Positions 8,639 through 17,700 of a DNA stretch of 52,694 nt are shown here, in pieces. A program made the translations under genes and the position numbers. Below the pieces are notes generated by a model, which was not told the origin of the DNA, did not search any database, and worked only from the letters and a program-made list of their open reading frames with translations. This DNA comes from a virus. Its lineage: Duplodnaviria > Caudoviricetes. Numbering within the stretch: the first letter of the stretch is position 1; each line of letters begins with the position of its first letter. The DNA lies in IMG/VR virus record IMGVR_UViG_3300037882_000444, positions 1 through 52,694 of that record; one strand, given 5' to 3'.

Positions 8639-9178
8639 TTAAAATAGTATATCTTTATCGTTAATTTGACGACCTTCGTAATACTCAACCCAGCCACCAC
8701 CATCGTTATACACTCCGGTTTCAATTAGCATGATGTTGTAGTCAACGATTTGGGCATCAGTTGTCCATTCGACAATACAAGTCTTGCCAAAGAGTTCATT
8801 TTGAACTTTCTTTTTGAAGACGATATCATCGCAATAAATTTCTGCTGGATAATTCTGATTATCAAACAGCCACTTATGTTCACCTTCCATCAAGATCTCC
8901 CTTTTGTCAGGAGTATAGAAGTCAGGTTCACAGTATAGATACACATCACATGCATCTTGGAATGTTGAGCAGACTAGAATATATTCATAGTCCGTTCCGA
9001 TATGGTCAAGCGTTAAGATGACATAATCAGATAGATTACGTGAATACTCGCGCTTCTCTTTGATTAGGAAATCTGGAACAGCTTTGACATCATCAAGTTG
9101 AATCAAAAGGTCCACATCATTGACACGGACCAATTGACCAACCGCACAGTTTTTAAAACTTTTGATCAGATCTTTCAT
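8639..9178 (-). CDS. Hypothetical protein, possibly DUF4178/DUF2491-like PspA-operon partner
   Basis: Acidic beta-rich protein ending LIETG...VEYYEGRQINDKDILF; lies downstream of pspA. Family resemblance from memory only. Confidence 0.45.
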   Translation of the reverse strand: MKDLIKSFKNCAVGQLVRVNDVDLLIQLDDVKAVPDFLIKEKREYSRNLSDYVILTLDHIGTDYEYILVCSTFQDACDVYLYCEPDFYTPDKREILMEGEHKWLFDNQNYPAEIYCDDIVFKKKVQNELFGKTCIVEWTTDAQIVDYNIMLIETGVYNDGGGWVEYYEGRQINDKDILF

Positions 9179-9906
9179 AAGAATTTCTTAGCAAGGAAGA
9201 AAGCACCGACACTGATACCTCCTATGATAATGGCAGTTAGGAAGAATGTTCCCCAACCAGAACCGGAAGACTTATGAACATGAGTGACTTGAGCAGGTGG
9301 AGGACCAACATGGTAGTTGCTCTTATCCATCATAGCATTCATCATAATAGCATCAGACATCATATCATACATGATGAAGGTTCCGAGTCCCGGTCCACCA
9401 CCACCCCAATATCCATAACCACCACCTTGTTGATTATATGTAACGTCATAATTTCTACCATCATTACCTCGGTAAGAGGATGGAATATGTTCAGGACGAC
9501 TTGAGGGTTCTGAAGTGTATTTACTTGTATAAGATGATGCTTTAGTAGCTTTGAAGTCTGCCACAGCACTATCTCTAGTTTGGAATGTTTTACCACTCTT
9601 GACCGCTTCCTTATATCGAGCAGCTTCAACATTAGACTTTGGTCTGGATGAAGTTTGTGCTACCGAAGTATTAGGTTTGCTTACTGGAGCAGACTGAGCA
9701 GTAGGCGCAGGAGTTGCTTGTTTAGGAGCAACAGTAGGCTTAGGAGCAGGTGCTACATAAGGTTTTGGTGCGGGTGCAGCAGGTCGAGAATAACTACTAG
9801 AACTTCGACTAGAAGAACTAGAACTCCTACCCCCACCACCACCTTTAGCTTCCAACGATCCAACGCTAAGAAAAGCGATGGCTAGAATTTGCATTAATTG
9901 TTTCAT
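9175..9906 (-). CDS. Exported, C-terminally membrane-anchored Gly/Ser/Pro-rich protein
   Basis: Signal peptide (..GSLEA), GGGGGRSSSSSS and PAPKP low-complexity segments, C-terminal TM helix. Confidence 0.75.
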   Translation of the reverse strand: MKQLMQILAIAFLSVGSLEAKGGGGGRSSSSSSRSSSSYSRPAAPAPKPYVAPAPKPTVAPKQATPAPTAQSAPVSKPNTSVAQTSSRPKSNVEAARYKEAVKSGKTFQTRDSAVADFKATKASSYTSKYTSEPSSRPEHIPSSYRGNDGRNYDVTYNQQGGGYGYWGGGGPGLGTFIMYDMMSDAIMMNAMMDKSNYHVGPPPAQVTHVHKSSGSGWGTFFLTAIIIGGISVGAFFLAKKFL

Positions 9907-9912
9907 ACGTCT

Positions 9913-9932
9913 ATTATGTTCGGGTTTTAATT
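9913..9932 (-). promoter_or_regulatory. AATTAAAACC-box promoter
   Basis: AATTAAAACC-CGAA-CATAAT-N6-ATG(9906). Confidence 0.8.
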
Positions 9933-10647
9933 AACCCATAACCTTGCTAACTGGAGCAGAACTTACGGAAGGAGAAGCGATACCCATTTCGGCTTCGAAT
10001 TGTGCTAGAGCAATTTCTGCCATAGTATGATCCGCAGCTTCCATTTCAGCGATTTGAGAGAAGTCAGCACTATCCTTAGCAACACGAAGTCTTCCAGCAG
10101 CCTTGTTACGCTCTGCATCAACGATTTCGCTGATTCTATTCATATTATCAGCACCAGTTCCAATTTGGGAGATCATACCATTAGCCATTTCAGTCAGATT
10201 TGCCGCAGCAGTATCCATCTTCATACCTTTGATATCTCTTGAGAGTTTCTCCATCTTTTCCTTAGCACCCTTAACAGACAAGTCTCTTGCTTTGGTCAGT
10301 TCCTTATACTTCTGCTCGGAAGTAGTAAGACGTTCCAAGACTTCATCATGCTCTTTATCAATAGCATCCAATCGAACAGCAAGTTGTCCTGCTAGTTCTC
10401 TCTTACCTGCTTGAATTAGAGCTTTGACTTTGAGACGAAGATCATTTTCTTCAGCATCTAGTTTCTTAGCTTGTGCAGCAAGACTTTCTACAAGACCAGC
10501 ATGTTCTGCTAGACCATTGTTGAAAGATGCGATTTGTTTTCGCATGTTTTCTTTTTCCAATTCCAGAAGTGCTTCTGGGTTATTCTTTTCGAGTCCTGAT
10601 ACAAACAGTCCGAAAAATCCTTTGATTAAGTTTAGTAGTCGTTTCAT
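9931..10647 (-). CDS. pspA: PspA/IM30 (bacterial ESCRT-III) family protein
   Basis: N-terminal amphipathic helix MKRLLNLIKGFFGLFVSGLE, then NPEALLE, long coiled coils and AGKRELAGQLA. Start at ATG 10647. Confidence 0.85.
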   Translation of the reverse strand: MKRLLNLIKGFFGLFVSGLEKNNPEALLELEKENMRKQIASFNNGLAEHAGLVESLAAQAKKLDAEENDLRLKVKALIQAGKRELAGQLAVRLDAIDKEHDEVLERLTTSEQKYKELTKARDLSVKGAKEKMEKLSRDIKGMKMDTAAANLTEMANGMISQIGTGADNMNRISEIVDAERNKAAGRLRVAKDSADFSQIAEMEAADHTMAEIALAQFEAEMGIASPSVSSAPVSKVMG

Positions 10648-10662
10648 ATATATATACTTCAA

Positions 10663-10794
10663 TTAGATACCATCTCGAATGGGAAATTGCTCACATTCTT
10701 TAGCATTCTGAGCTAAAATCTCAGCAGCCTTTTCAAACTTCTCTATTTGCTCTGGTGTTAATACCAATGGTTTGTTTTTAATAATGTCTTCCAT
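10663..10794 (-). CDS. Small hypothetical protein
   Basis: 3' part of ORF 10663..10848 from ATG 10794, adjacent to the ligase stop. Confidence 0.5.
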   Translation of the reverse strand: MEDIIKNKPLVLTPEQIEKFEKAAEILAQNAKECEQFPIRDGI

Positions 10795-10795
10795 A

Positions 10796-12181
10796 TTAGC
10801 TATCTTCTTCAATATTACTCTCACCAGCATCACGTTCAGCAGATTCACCTAAGATGAACTTAGGACTCTTGAACTTAAACACAGGCTTTTTCTCACGGTT
10901 GTTAATCTTGAGGACAACACCTTCATTGACCACACCAGTAGTGCAAAGTCCGCATGTCTTATCAAGATACTCTTCCTTCATTGCAGTGAGGAAATCACTA
11001 TTCCAAGTTGGAGTTAGGGGAAGGTTGAATAGTTCTACTGCTGGTCCATGATAATAGACCGGAGTGTGTTTGAAACCATGTTCTACACAGAACTTTTCGA
11101 TTTCATCCCAAGACAATTCTCGGGTAGGATCAACATCGGTAGTGTATGTTACACGATACACCCAGAATTCAGATTCACCCTTGGCAACACCATAGTCATA
11201 GTTCTTTTGAACCATCTTACCGTGATTGACATATCCAACGATTTCACCATATACAGCATAACCCGCTGGAATCATTCCTTTGAACTCTTCAGCATGTTTG
11301 CCCCATACATCGTCTGTGTATTTTCCATCGCGTCTATTCTTGAGAACACTTCTGCTAGAGTAGATTTCTTTGTATTCCACTTCAGAATATGTAGCACCAA
11401 ACCAGTTGGCAATATTTCTGAATGGATTGAAAGTCTTCTTCACAAGAAGATTCGCATAGATAGCGGAAGTTCCATGAACTTTGGAAGTAATGGAAATGTC
11501 ATCGTTAGGATTCAGAACGAAGATGTTCTTACCCAGATGTTCCGTGCTGTAATGGAATTGGAATTGTCCATCAACGATTTGAGACTTGATTCCTTCAGCG
11601 TTGCGATTGAACCACGCATTAACAAAGAGATAAGCCTTCCTACGAATAGGACGAGGGAAGAAGCCAATTGTAGCGTCGATCCACTTAGGAACACGACTCT
11701 TCTTAGCGTTAGCTTCTCCAGAACCCTTAGCGTCACCCTTGATGTATTTCTTCACTAGAAGTTCTCCGTTAAGAGAATCAAACACCTCACCCACATTGAA
11801 GTGGGCATCATCAACACCAGAGAATTCTGCTAGTTTAGAAGTAGGGAATAGGAATCCTTGACTTGGAATACCACGGAGAGAAACAGCACGAACACGACCC
11901 TTAGATTCAAAGAATCCTTTAGTCTTTTCGTCTGCATTCAATTCTGGTTTAGTCAGAAGGTTCGCCCAAGAAAGAAACTTGGTAGATAGGCAACTTTCCA
12001 CAGGAAAGTAGACGACCTTTTCATGTTCTTTATAGGAGTCCTTACCAATGATAATCGTATTACCATAAATTTCCACTAGGGATAGCTTATCAGCATTAGG
12101 ATGATCCTTGATTGTAGGAACTTGAACAACTGTCGCCAGATAGTTAGGGTCTGCCCCTTCTGTATATGTCAGTAATCTCAT
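10796..12181 (-). CDS. RNA ligase, DRB0094/Rnl5-like family
   Basis: N-terminal OB-like HPNADKL...LRGIPSQG; TSKVHGTS (motif I), VYGEIVG, EGVVLK, FKFKS. Confidence 0.85.
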   Translation of the reverse strand: MRLLTYTEGADPNYLATVVQVPTIKDHPNADKLSLVEIYGNTIIIGKDSYKEHEKVVYFPVESCLSTKFLSWANLLTKPELNADEKTKGFFESKGRVRAVSLRGIPSQGFLFPTSKLAEFSGVDDAHFNVGEVFDSLNGELLVKKYIKGDAKGSGEANAKKSRVPKWIDATIGFFPRPIRRKAYLFVNAWFNRNAEGIKSQIVDGQFQFHYSTEHLGKNIFVLNPNDDISITSKVHGTSAIYANLLVKKTFNPFRNIANWFGATYSEVEYKEIYSSRSVLKNRRDGKYTDDVWGKHAEEFKGMIPAGYAVYGEIVGYVNHGKMVQKNYDYGVAKGESEFWVYRVTYTTDVDPTRELSWDEIEKFCVEHGFKHTPVYYHGPAVELFNLPLTPTWNSDFLTAMKEEYLDKTCGLCTTGVVNEGVVLKINNREKKPVFKFKSPKFILGESAERDAGESNIEEDS

Positions 12182-12187
12182 GTGTTG

Positions 12188-12207
12188 ATTATAGGGTGGT
12201 TTTAATT
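12188..12207 (-). promoter_or_regulatory. AATTAAAACC-box promoter
   Basis: AATTAAAACC-ACCC-TATAAT-N6-ATG(12181); perfect -10 hexamer. Confidence 0.85.
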
Positions 12208-12781
12208 AACCGTTGACTTCTTCGTAGGCTTTGAGGATACCTTTAACATTTTCAATTGTGATGCGTTGGCAACCAACTTGGACGTAATCCAATCCCTTAG
12301 TAACGGTTCCGCTGTAATCACGGGAGACACTAACACTGATAGACTTTGGCTTCTTAGCTGCATCTTCAGGGATGAATTCTTCAACGGTTTCGTAGAAATC
12401 TGTAAGACGACTTCCACTATCAAGATAGTCCGGCCAATCAACTTCATCATTATCATCAAAGACTTCTGCATTCAAAGCGAGTCCAAGATCATAGAGTGTA
12501 TCAACACAAGCAGTATCAACGCGATCAGTGAAGTCTAAGTCCCAAAGTCTATCTCCAATATCAAGACTCAACACATCAAATAATGCCTTAATCTCTTTGG
12601 TCGCCTTAAAATCGATTTCATCGAAGTCAATGTCACCATACGGGGACATATTATACTTCGCCGTGACCGTAAGGCCAGAATATAGATCAAACTTCAGTGT
12701 TTGTGTTTTGATAAAGTTCTTCTTATAGAAGTCGAAGTATGCCTTTGCCGCTGCTTTAATTGCTTTGATGTCTTTTTTCAT
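12206..12781 (-). CDS. Hypothetical acidic protein
   Basis: 191 aa ORF in operon. Confidence 0.7.
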   Translation of the reverse strand: MKKDIKAIKAAAKAYFDFYKKNFIKTQTLKFDLYSGLTVTAKYNMSPYGDIDFDEIDFKATKEIKALFDVLSLDIGDRLWDLDFTDRVDTACVDTLYDLGLALNAEVFDDNDEVDWPDYLDSGSRLTDFYETVEEFIPEDAAKKPKSISVSVSRDYSGTVTKGLDYVQVGCQRITIENVKGILKAYEEVNG

Positions 12782-12795
12782 ATCGTTATTAGTTA

Positions 12796-13338
12796 TTAGA
12801 TTTTTACGCTAGATTGTGCTCTCAGTTCTGCTTCGTCAATTTCATAGACGAAGAAGACAATTCGATGGAATTTAGATTCGATGCTTTCGATGATTGCTTC
12901 AACAATGTTCCACTCACCACCAGCACGGGCGCATCCCATATACTTAGGGACACCCACTTTAAACATACCCTCATAATAAGGAGCATTTGCGATGATGTCT
13001 GCACATATTCTGTATAGAGCATCGAATAGGCTGTCGTAACTACAATTCCTATGAAGAGGATCGCCATCATTACCAACACCCCACATGGCATACATATTAT
13101 ATACACCACGACCATCACCAACATCTGCTAGGGTAAAGTAACCAAGTTTGTCATCAGGAACGGCATCACAGTCATTCATATCAAGATTGTCTTGGAAATC
13201 CAAATCTGCTTGATACACTTGTGGCCATTTCTTACGAAGAAAATACGCCACACCTGATCCCATCACGCAATGAGAATTTGCTACGTGTGCAGCAAAATCC
13301 CAATCGCCTTCTAGTAAGTCACCCTTAATATGTTCCAT
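12796..13338 (-). CDS. Macrodomain (ADP-ribose binding/hydrolase) protein
   Basis: IKGDLL, HVANSHCVMGSGVA, PKYMGCARAGGEW. Confidence 0.88.
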   Translation of the reverse strand: MEHIKGDLLEGDWDFAAHVANSHCVMGSGVAYFLRKKWPQVYQADLDFQDNLDMNDCDAVPDDKLGYFTLADVGDGRGVYNMYAMWGVGNDGDPLHRNCSYDSLFDALYRICADIIANAPYYEGMFKVGVPKYMGCARAGGEWNIVEAIIESIESKFHRIVFFVYEIDEAELRAQSSVKI

Positions 13339-13344
13339 GACACG

Positions 13345-13364
13345 ATTATGCTTCGGTTTTAATT
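13345..13364 (-). promoter_or_regulatory. AATTAAAACC-box promoter
   Basis: AATTAAAACC-GAAG-CATAAT-N6-ATG(13338). Confidence 0.8.
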
Positions 13365-13534
13365 AAGAGTTCTTCCTTGCGTTTATTGATAGCTTTTTCC
13401 AAGTTATCTAAACGCTTGGTGATTTCTTTGGTATGGCCCAAGCTCTCTTTAACGATGAGTTTGAAGTAACGACCCTTTAAAGAAGTCAGAACTTCATCCT
13501 CAACCACCTCAACAACTTTTTTCTTTCTAGGCAT
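13346..13534 (-). CDS. Small basic hypothetical protein
   Basis: 62 aa ORF with TAATG overlap. Confidence 0.6.
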   Translation of the reverse strand: MPRKKKVVEVVEDEVLTSLKGRYFKLIVKESLGHTKEITKRLDNLEKAINKRKEELLIKTEA

Positions 13535-13722
13535 TATTCGAAATCCTCCTGTTTTCCGTAACCTGAGTAAGTATATTCATCCTTGCGGTATTCCTTACCC
13601 TCCCAGAATCCAGATTCAAAAACGTCTAATAGTCTTTCACGAAAGTCGTTCAACTCTTCAGTTTCATAACCCCAAGTTTCCTTGAGTTCCTCAATATGTG
13701 CGTCGATTACGTTCTTGTTCAT
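13534..13722 (-). CDS. Small acidic hypothetical protein
   Basis: 62 aa ORF with ATGA overlap. Confidence 0.6.
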   Translation of the reverse strand: MNKNVIDAHIEELKETWGYETEELNDFRERLLDVFESGFWEGKEYRKDEYTYSGYGKQEDFE

Positions 13723-14300
13723 AAAAATATTGCTCTGGTTATTCTGTTTTTTGTTTCGTCAATAAATTGATCGATGTGGTTCTTATCTACATCCCCAACC
13801 CATACAGTAAATTTTGGTATCTGTATCAGATTATTCTTAGGAATTCCACTTAGGAAATCGATCTTATTATTACCTTCTGATCTTTTGATGTGATGAGCAA
13901 AGCTCATATCGTCAATTAATATATTATGTGTATCTTTAAATTTTGGATGAACTTTTAAGGTTGCTATATCCTCTTTCCCAAAAATTTGGAAGTTAGGATC
14001 AAACCCAAGCCCCATCTTAACATTAGCCCATAGAATGTATTCCTTTCCTCCAATGGAAAGCATATTCACATTATCAAATCCCGCAAGATTTCTTGTAAAC
14101 TCTAATAGTTCTAATGCTCCATTTCTCAGAAATGAAACATACCACCCATCATGGCGAATATAATACTTAACACCTTTCCAGTATTCGCTATATAAATCCA
14201 TCAATTGATCGGCATGTTTTTCACTATCAGCATAGAATGTGTGTATTAAACTTTCATCCAAATCCCAAAATAGTTTATTTCCAGTCTGCATTAAAATCAA
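13719..14300 (-). CDS. HAD-superfamily (FCP1/NIF-like) phosphatase
   Basis: LFWDLDESLIHT (DxD), LRNGALELL, ILIDD. Confidence 0.75.
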   Translation of the reverse strand: MILMQTGNKLFWDLDESLIHTFYADSEKHADQLMDLYSEYWKGVKYYIRHDGWYVSFLRNGALELLEFTRNLAGFDNVNMLSIGGKEYILWANVKMGLGFDPNFQIFGKEDIATLKVHPKFKDTHNILIDDMSFAHHIKRSEGNNKIDFLSGIPKNNLIQIPKFTVWVGDVDKNHIDQFIDETKNRITRAIFL

Positions 14301-14988
14301 ATAATTCGTTAATGTTTAAACATCGATAATCGACACCATTATAGTGCCCATAATCCGTGTTGTGGAAATGTCCACCAATAATTACTTTAGCTCCAGAACG
14401 GGCAACAATATCACCAACAACTTGACGTTGATTGATTGCATCTTGTAAAAGATTTACATCACGTTCATTATACCACGACCAATGTTTAGGAATCGTATAA
14501 GAAGAGTGATTGAATTCCTCTGGAGCATCATGTGAAAATACAAAGTCAGCACTCTCAACTGACTCCAAATGTGGAGTAACTTCATCAAGCCAATAGTCTA
14601 TACCAACTTTGCGAGTGTAACGATCAATTGATATACCTCCACCGATGAATAGTGCTTTCTTTCCATTGGGGAATTCAAGTGTATCACCTGTTTGGACAAA
14701 TATCAAATTAGAGTAGTTGGGAAACTTCCAAACATCAGGATTATCATGATTTCCGATGATATGATACAAAACAATGTTGAGATCAACACAAGTTTCGTTA
14801 ATCATTTGTCCCCATGTGCGTGCATTATCTAGTGCATAAGAAGGATCACCAAATCCCCATCCACCATCACCAATATGAACCACATCGTTTCCCGATGGGA
14901 TCTTCTTCTTTAGAAGTTGGTTTGTAATATCCGTGGAGTGTGTATCCCCCATCGCGATAAGGTTGTTATATCTTGTCTTGTATTGCAT
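14275..14988 (-). CDS. Calcineurin-like metallophosphoesterase
   Basis: GDTH, HIGD, GNHD, SHDAP, GHFH. Confidence 0.9.
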   Translation of the reverse strand: MQYKTRYNNLIAMGDTHSTDITNQLLKKKIPSGNDVVHIGDGGWGFGDPSYALDNARTWGQMINETCVDLNIVLYHIIGNHDNPDVWKFPNYSNLIFVQTGDTLEFPNGKKALFIGGGISIDRYTRKVGIDYWLDEVTPHLESVESADFVFSHDAPEEFNHSSYTIPKHWSWYNERDVNLLQDAINQRQVVGDIVARSGAKVIIGGHFHNTDYGHYNGVDYRCLNINELFDFNADWK

Positions 14989-15553
14989 CTTCGAGAATCT
15001 TTCTAATCACTTTTCGCCCTATGTTGTTGGCAGAATGCACATAATACTTAGGGACTGGTTTATTTTGGGCAGCACATTGGGCGACCAAATACTGAGCGCA
15101 GTGTGCTCCGGTTTTAATTGAGAAGTTCTCCCAATCCTTCATCATAAACTGATCCTTCAATTCTTCATCAGAAACTTTAGGATTTCTGACATCAAACAGA
15201 TCATTATCAAATGACACTACATCGGGAATTCCATTCTTTTCAATGTATTCCACAAACTGATTATATGATCTAACGATAGACCATTCGCCATGTTTAATAC
15301 CTGACATATCCCACAATGACATATTCTCATCCCAACAGAAAGCATTCTGTGGAACTCTGTCATCATCAAGGAATAGATAATGTGGTTTATATCTACTCGA
15401 TTTAGGTTCGTCATCTACTGGATCAATAAAGCCAACTTCATCACTTACAAAGAGTGGTCCCTTCTTCTTATGCCAAAGTGGACTCTCCCAATACGCCTTG
15501 TGATTAGAAACTCTCGATTCATCGCCCTTTCCTCCACCCCATGATTTTCCCAT
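14966..15553 (-). CDS. Cyclic-phosphate-processing receiver-domain-like protein
   Basis: LFLDDDRVP, VRSYNQF, VSFDNDL, TGAHCAQYL, VHSANNIG. Confidence 0.75.
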   Translation of the reverse strand: MGKSWGGGKGDESRVSNHKAYWESPLWHKKKGPLFVSDEVGFIDPVDDEPKSSRYKPHYLFLDDDRVPQNAFCWDENMSLWDMSGIKHGEWSIVRSYNQFVEYIEKNGIPDVVSFDNDLFDVRNPKVSDEELKDQFMMKDWENFSIKTGAHCAQYLVAQCAAQNKPVPKYYVHSANNIGRKVIRKILEDAIQDKI

Positions 15554-15554
15554 A

Positions 15555-15662
15555 CTATTCGTGATCTACATTTGTTACTCCCATGAAGTGCCATACTGCT
15601 ATTCCTATACATATAAGAAATACTGGAACTCCTATCGCCAACACTATTATTATAAAGTCCAT
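15555..15662 (-). CDS. 35-aa single-pass membrane protein (not in ORF track)
   Basis: MDFIIIVLAIGVPVFLICIGIAVWHFMGVTNVDHE; exactly fills the gap, with TAATG overlap upstream and 1 nt spacing downstream. Confidence 0.65.
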   Translation of the reverse strand: MDFIIIVLAIGVPVFLICIGIAVWHFMGVTNVDHE

Positions 15663-15901
15663 TATATCTCCATGACTAAATTGATAGTTCCATCAACAGT
15701 TTCAGTCTTAGCTATTCCCTCATCAATCAAGAGGTCAAGAATGCTCATCAGATCCTCGTCTTCATTCCACATATCCTTACATGGAACGTCCATGTGTGGG
15801 ATACACATCAATACGACGATTGCTCCGATTTCTGCTAAGGTGAATCTTCCAGAAGATAATTCGACTGGTATTACTATGTCTTGTTTTTGTATGCTTTCCA
15901 T
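15662..15901 (-). CDS. Hypothetical protein
   Basis: 79 aa ORF in operon. Confidence 0.6.
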   Translation of the reverse strand: MESIQKQDIVIPVELSSGRFTLAEIGAIVVLMCIPHMDVPCKDMWNEDEDLMSILDLLIDEGIAKTETVDGTINLVMEI

Positions 15902-15902
15902 A

Positions 15903-16610
15903 TTATTTCTTTTTTGCGTTTTTGTTCCCCAAATTAGCCTGTCTTAGTTTTTCTTTGGTTTCCTCAGACATTTTTCGACCAGTATTAAGTTTTCTCATTT
16001 TTTCTCTCATCGCATCGGACATTTTTTTACCAATATTTATTTGTCTGAGTTTTTCTTTAGTTTCCTCTGAACGAGGAATTCCCGTATGATGCATCCTAAG
16101 TTTTTCCTTATGTTCTTCGGAAATTACTTTTCCCAAATTACCTACTCTTATTTTTTCTCTAATTTCCTCTGATCGAGGAACTCCACGAATAGCTAAATTA
16201 GGTTTCCCCATTAAAGAATCGCTTATCTTTTTTTTATGCTCTTCCGTTAAAGGATTTCTAGTAAGTCCGGTAGAATCGTTTGAATAACTACATATGTTAT
16301 ATCCTTTGTCTTTATTCACACTATCAAATAATTCAATATAATATGATTCTCTTTTGAGAAGATTTTCGTTATCTTTTATTTTATCAAAATTTTCTACAAC
16401 TTCCAAAATTTCCACATTAAAAGAATCCCATCCGTATTTCATTATCGCACTTTTCAAAATGCTTTTGAGTTTTAGAATACTCCCACATCTCTTGTGATAA
16501 GAGAGTCTCATCCTCAAATCAATAGTTTTACCTATATAAACTTTACCATTGACCACGCAGGTCAATTTATATATACCAGCACTTTTAGGATATTTGAATT
16601 TTGTATTCAT
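15903..16610 (-). CDS. Free-standing GIY-YIG homing endonuclease with NUMOD3 repeats
   Basis: GIYKLTC..KVYIGK, RESYYI, GYN; repeated SEETKEKLR. Confidence 0.92.
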   Translation of the reverse strand: MNTKFKYPKSAGIYKLTCVVNGKVYIGKTIDLRMRLSYHKRCGSILKLKSILKSAIMKYGWDSFNVEILEVVENFDKIKDNENLLKRESYYIELFDSVNKDKGYNICSYSNDSTGLTRNPLTEEHKKKISDSLMGKPNLAIRGVPRSEEIREKIRVGNLGKVISEEHKEKLRMHHTGIPRSEETKEKLRQINIGKKMSDAMREKMRKLNTGRKMSEETKEKLRQANLGNKNAKKK

Positions 16611-17531
16611 TTATGTATTTACCTTCGGAGTAAACCTTTTCCATATTGCGCTTTGTCCTCTACCGTATTTGATAACCTTCATTTCATTTTCCAGTTCGGA
16701 AAGTAAAAGTCTAGCTGTCTGTTCTTTGATTTCAAAATGATCCATAACACGATTTACGGTGATTAGTGGAGGATCATCCATCAATAAAATTTCTTCTTTT
16801 CTAGAATCCTTAACAGGAACCTTTTTAGTCTTCTCTTGTTCAGGTTCGCCATCATAGAGTCCGATGAATTCATATCCATCTTTTCCAAATTTAGCACCAT
16901 GATCTCCAATTGGACCACATCTGTTCTTGTAATTAGAAATGATCCTAACGTCCTTATCCAGCTTACACTTCAAGATTTCCATGTTGACATCTACTGCATA
17001 AAGTAGTGTGGGACCACCTCGGATTTCTCCAGAAGAAGTTTCCTGCACGATAAAGAGCAGTGTGCAATGGTTGTCTTTAGCTTTTCTGACGAGATTATTA
17101 ATGAAATATTCTGTCTTCTGCTTATTAGAAAGGTCCAAATTTGCTGTTAAAGTCTGAAAGGAGTCGATTACCATGAAATCCATATCGGGCAAATGCTCCA
17201 ATATTTCAGTAACATCGGTAATTGTTGCAACTTGAAGGTCTTCAACTTTCAATCTGGCGCAATTGAACGCTAGTTGTTCTTGAGATTCCTCTCCAGACGT
17301 ATATCCTACAGTATAACCCGCCTTTGTCAAGAGTTCTGCCAAGGAAAGAGCGAAAACACTCTTACCAACACCGGGACGAGCCTTCAAAGTGATGGTAGAA
17401 CCCGGAAGCAAACCACCTCCAAAGATTTCATCAAGCGCATCAATGCCAGTTTTGAACCTATTATAAAAAATCTCCGGTATTTTCACATCGGAGATTTTGG
17501 TAAATGTTTTTTTGTCGTATCCTAAGTTCAC
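16611..17531 (-). CDS. RadA/Sms-like RecA-family ATPase
   Basis: FKTGIDALDEIFGGGLLPGS, Walker A RPGVGKS, GEES, VIDSFQT, KNRCG. Lacks the Zn finger and Lon-like domain of cellular RadA. Confidence 0.85.
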   Translation of the reverse strand: MNLGYDKKTFTKISDVKIPEIFYNRFKTGIDALDEIFGGGLLPGSTITLKARPGVGKSVFALSLAELLTKAGYTVGYTSGEESQEQLAFNCARLKVEDLQVATITDVTEILEHLPDMDFMVIDSFQTLTANLDLSNKQKTEYFINNLVRKAKDNHCTLLFIVQETSSGEIRGGPTLLYAVDVNMEILKCKLDKDVRIISNYKNRCGPIGDHGAKFGKDGYEFIGLYDGEPEQEKTKKVPVKDSRKEEILLMDDPPLITVNRVMDHFEIKEQTARLLLSELENEMKVIKYGRGQSAIWKRFTPKVNT

Positions 17532-17537
17532 TAAACG

Positions 17538-17557
17538 ATTATCATCCGGTTTTAATT
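17538..17557 (-). promoter_or_regulatory. AATTAAAACC-box promoter
   Basis: AATTAAAACC-GGAT-GATAAT-N6-GTG(17531). Confidence 0.8.
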
Positions 17558-17700
17558 AGGTTGTCGATTTCCAACCTCTGTTCTGGGGTAACTTCTAATT
17601 TAGAATTGGCCAAAATAAGTAATAAAGTCTGTATGATCGCCCTCAGTTGAGAATTATCTTTAAGAAGTTTACCTTCGTATGTAGATGGATTATCCTGCAT
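17542..17700 (-). CDS. Small hypothetical protein
   Basis: ORF 17542..17733; likely start at ATG 17700. Confidence 0.5.
   Translation of the reverse strand: MQDNPSTYEGKLLKDNSQLRAIIQTLLLILANSKLEVTPEQRLEIDNLIKTG

Noticed and set aside
11048-11758. 236-aa plus-strand ORF
   Set aside because: Antisense to the RNA ligase gene, which has clear catalytic motifs.
15561-15947. 128-aa plus-strand ORF
   Set aside because: Antisense to a continuous chain of coupled minus-strand genes.
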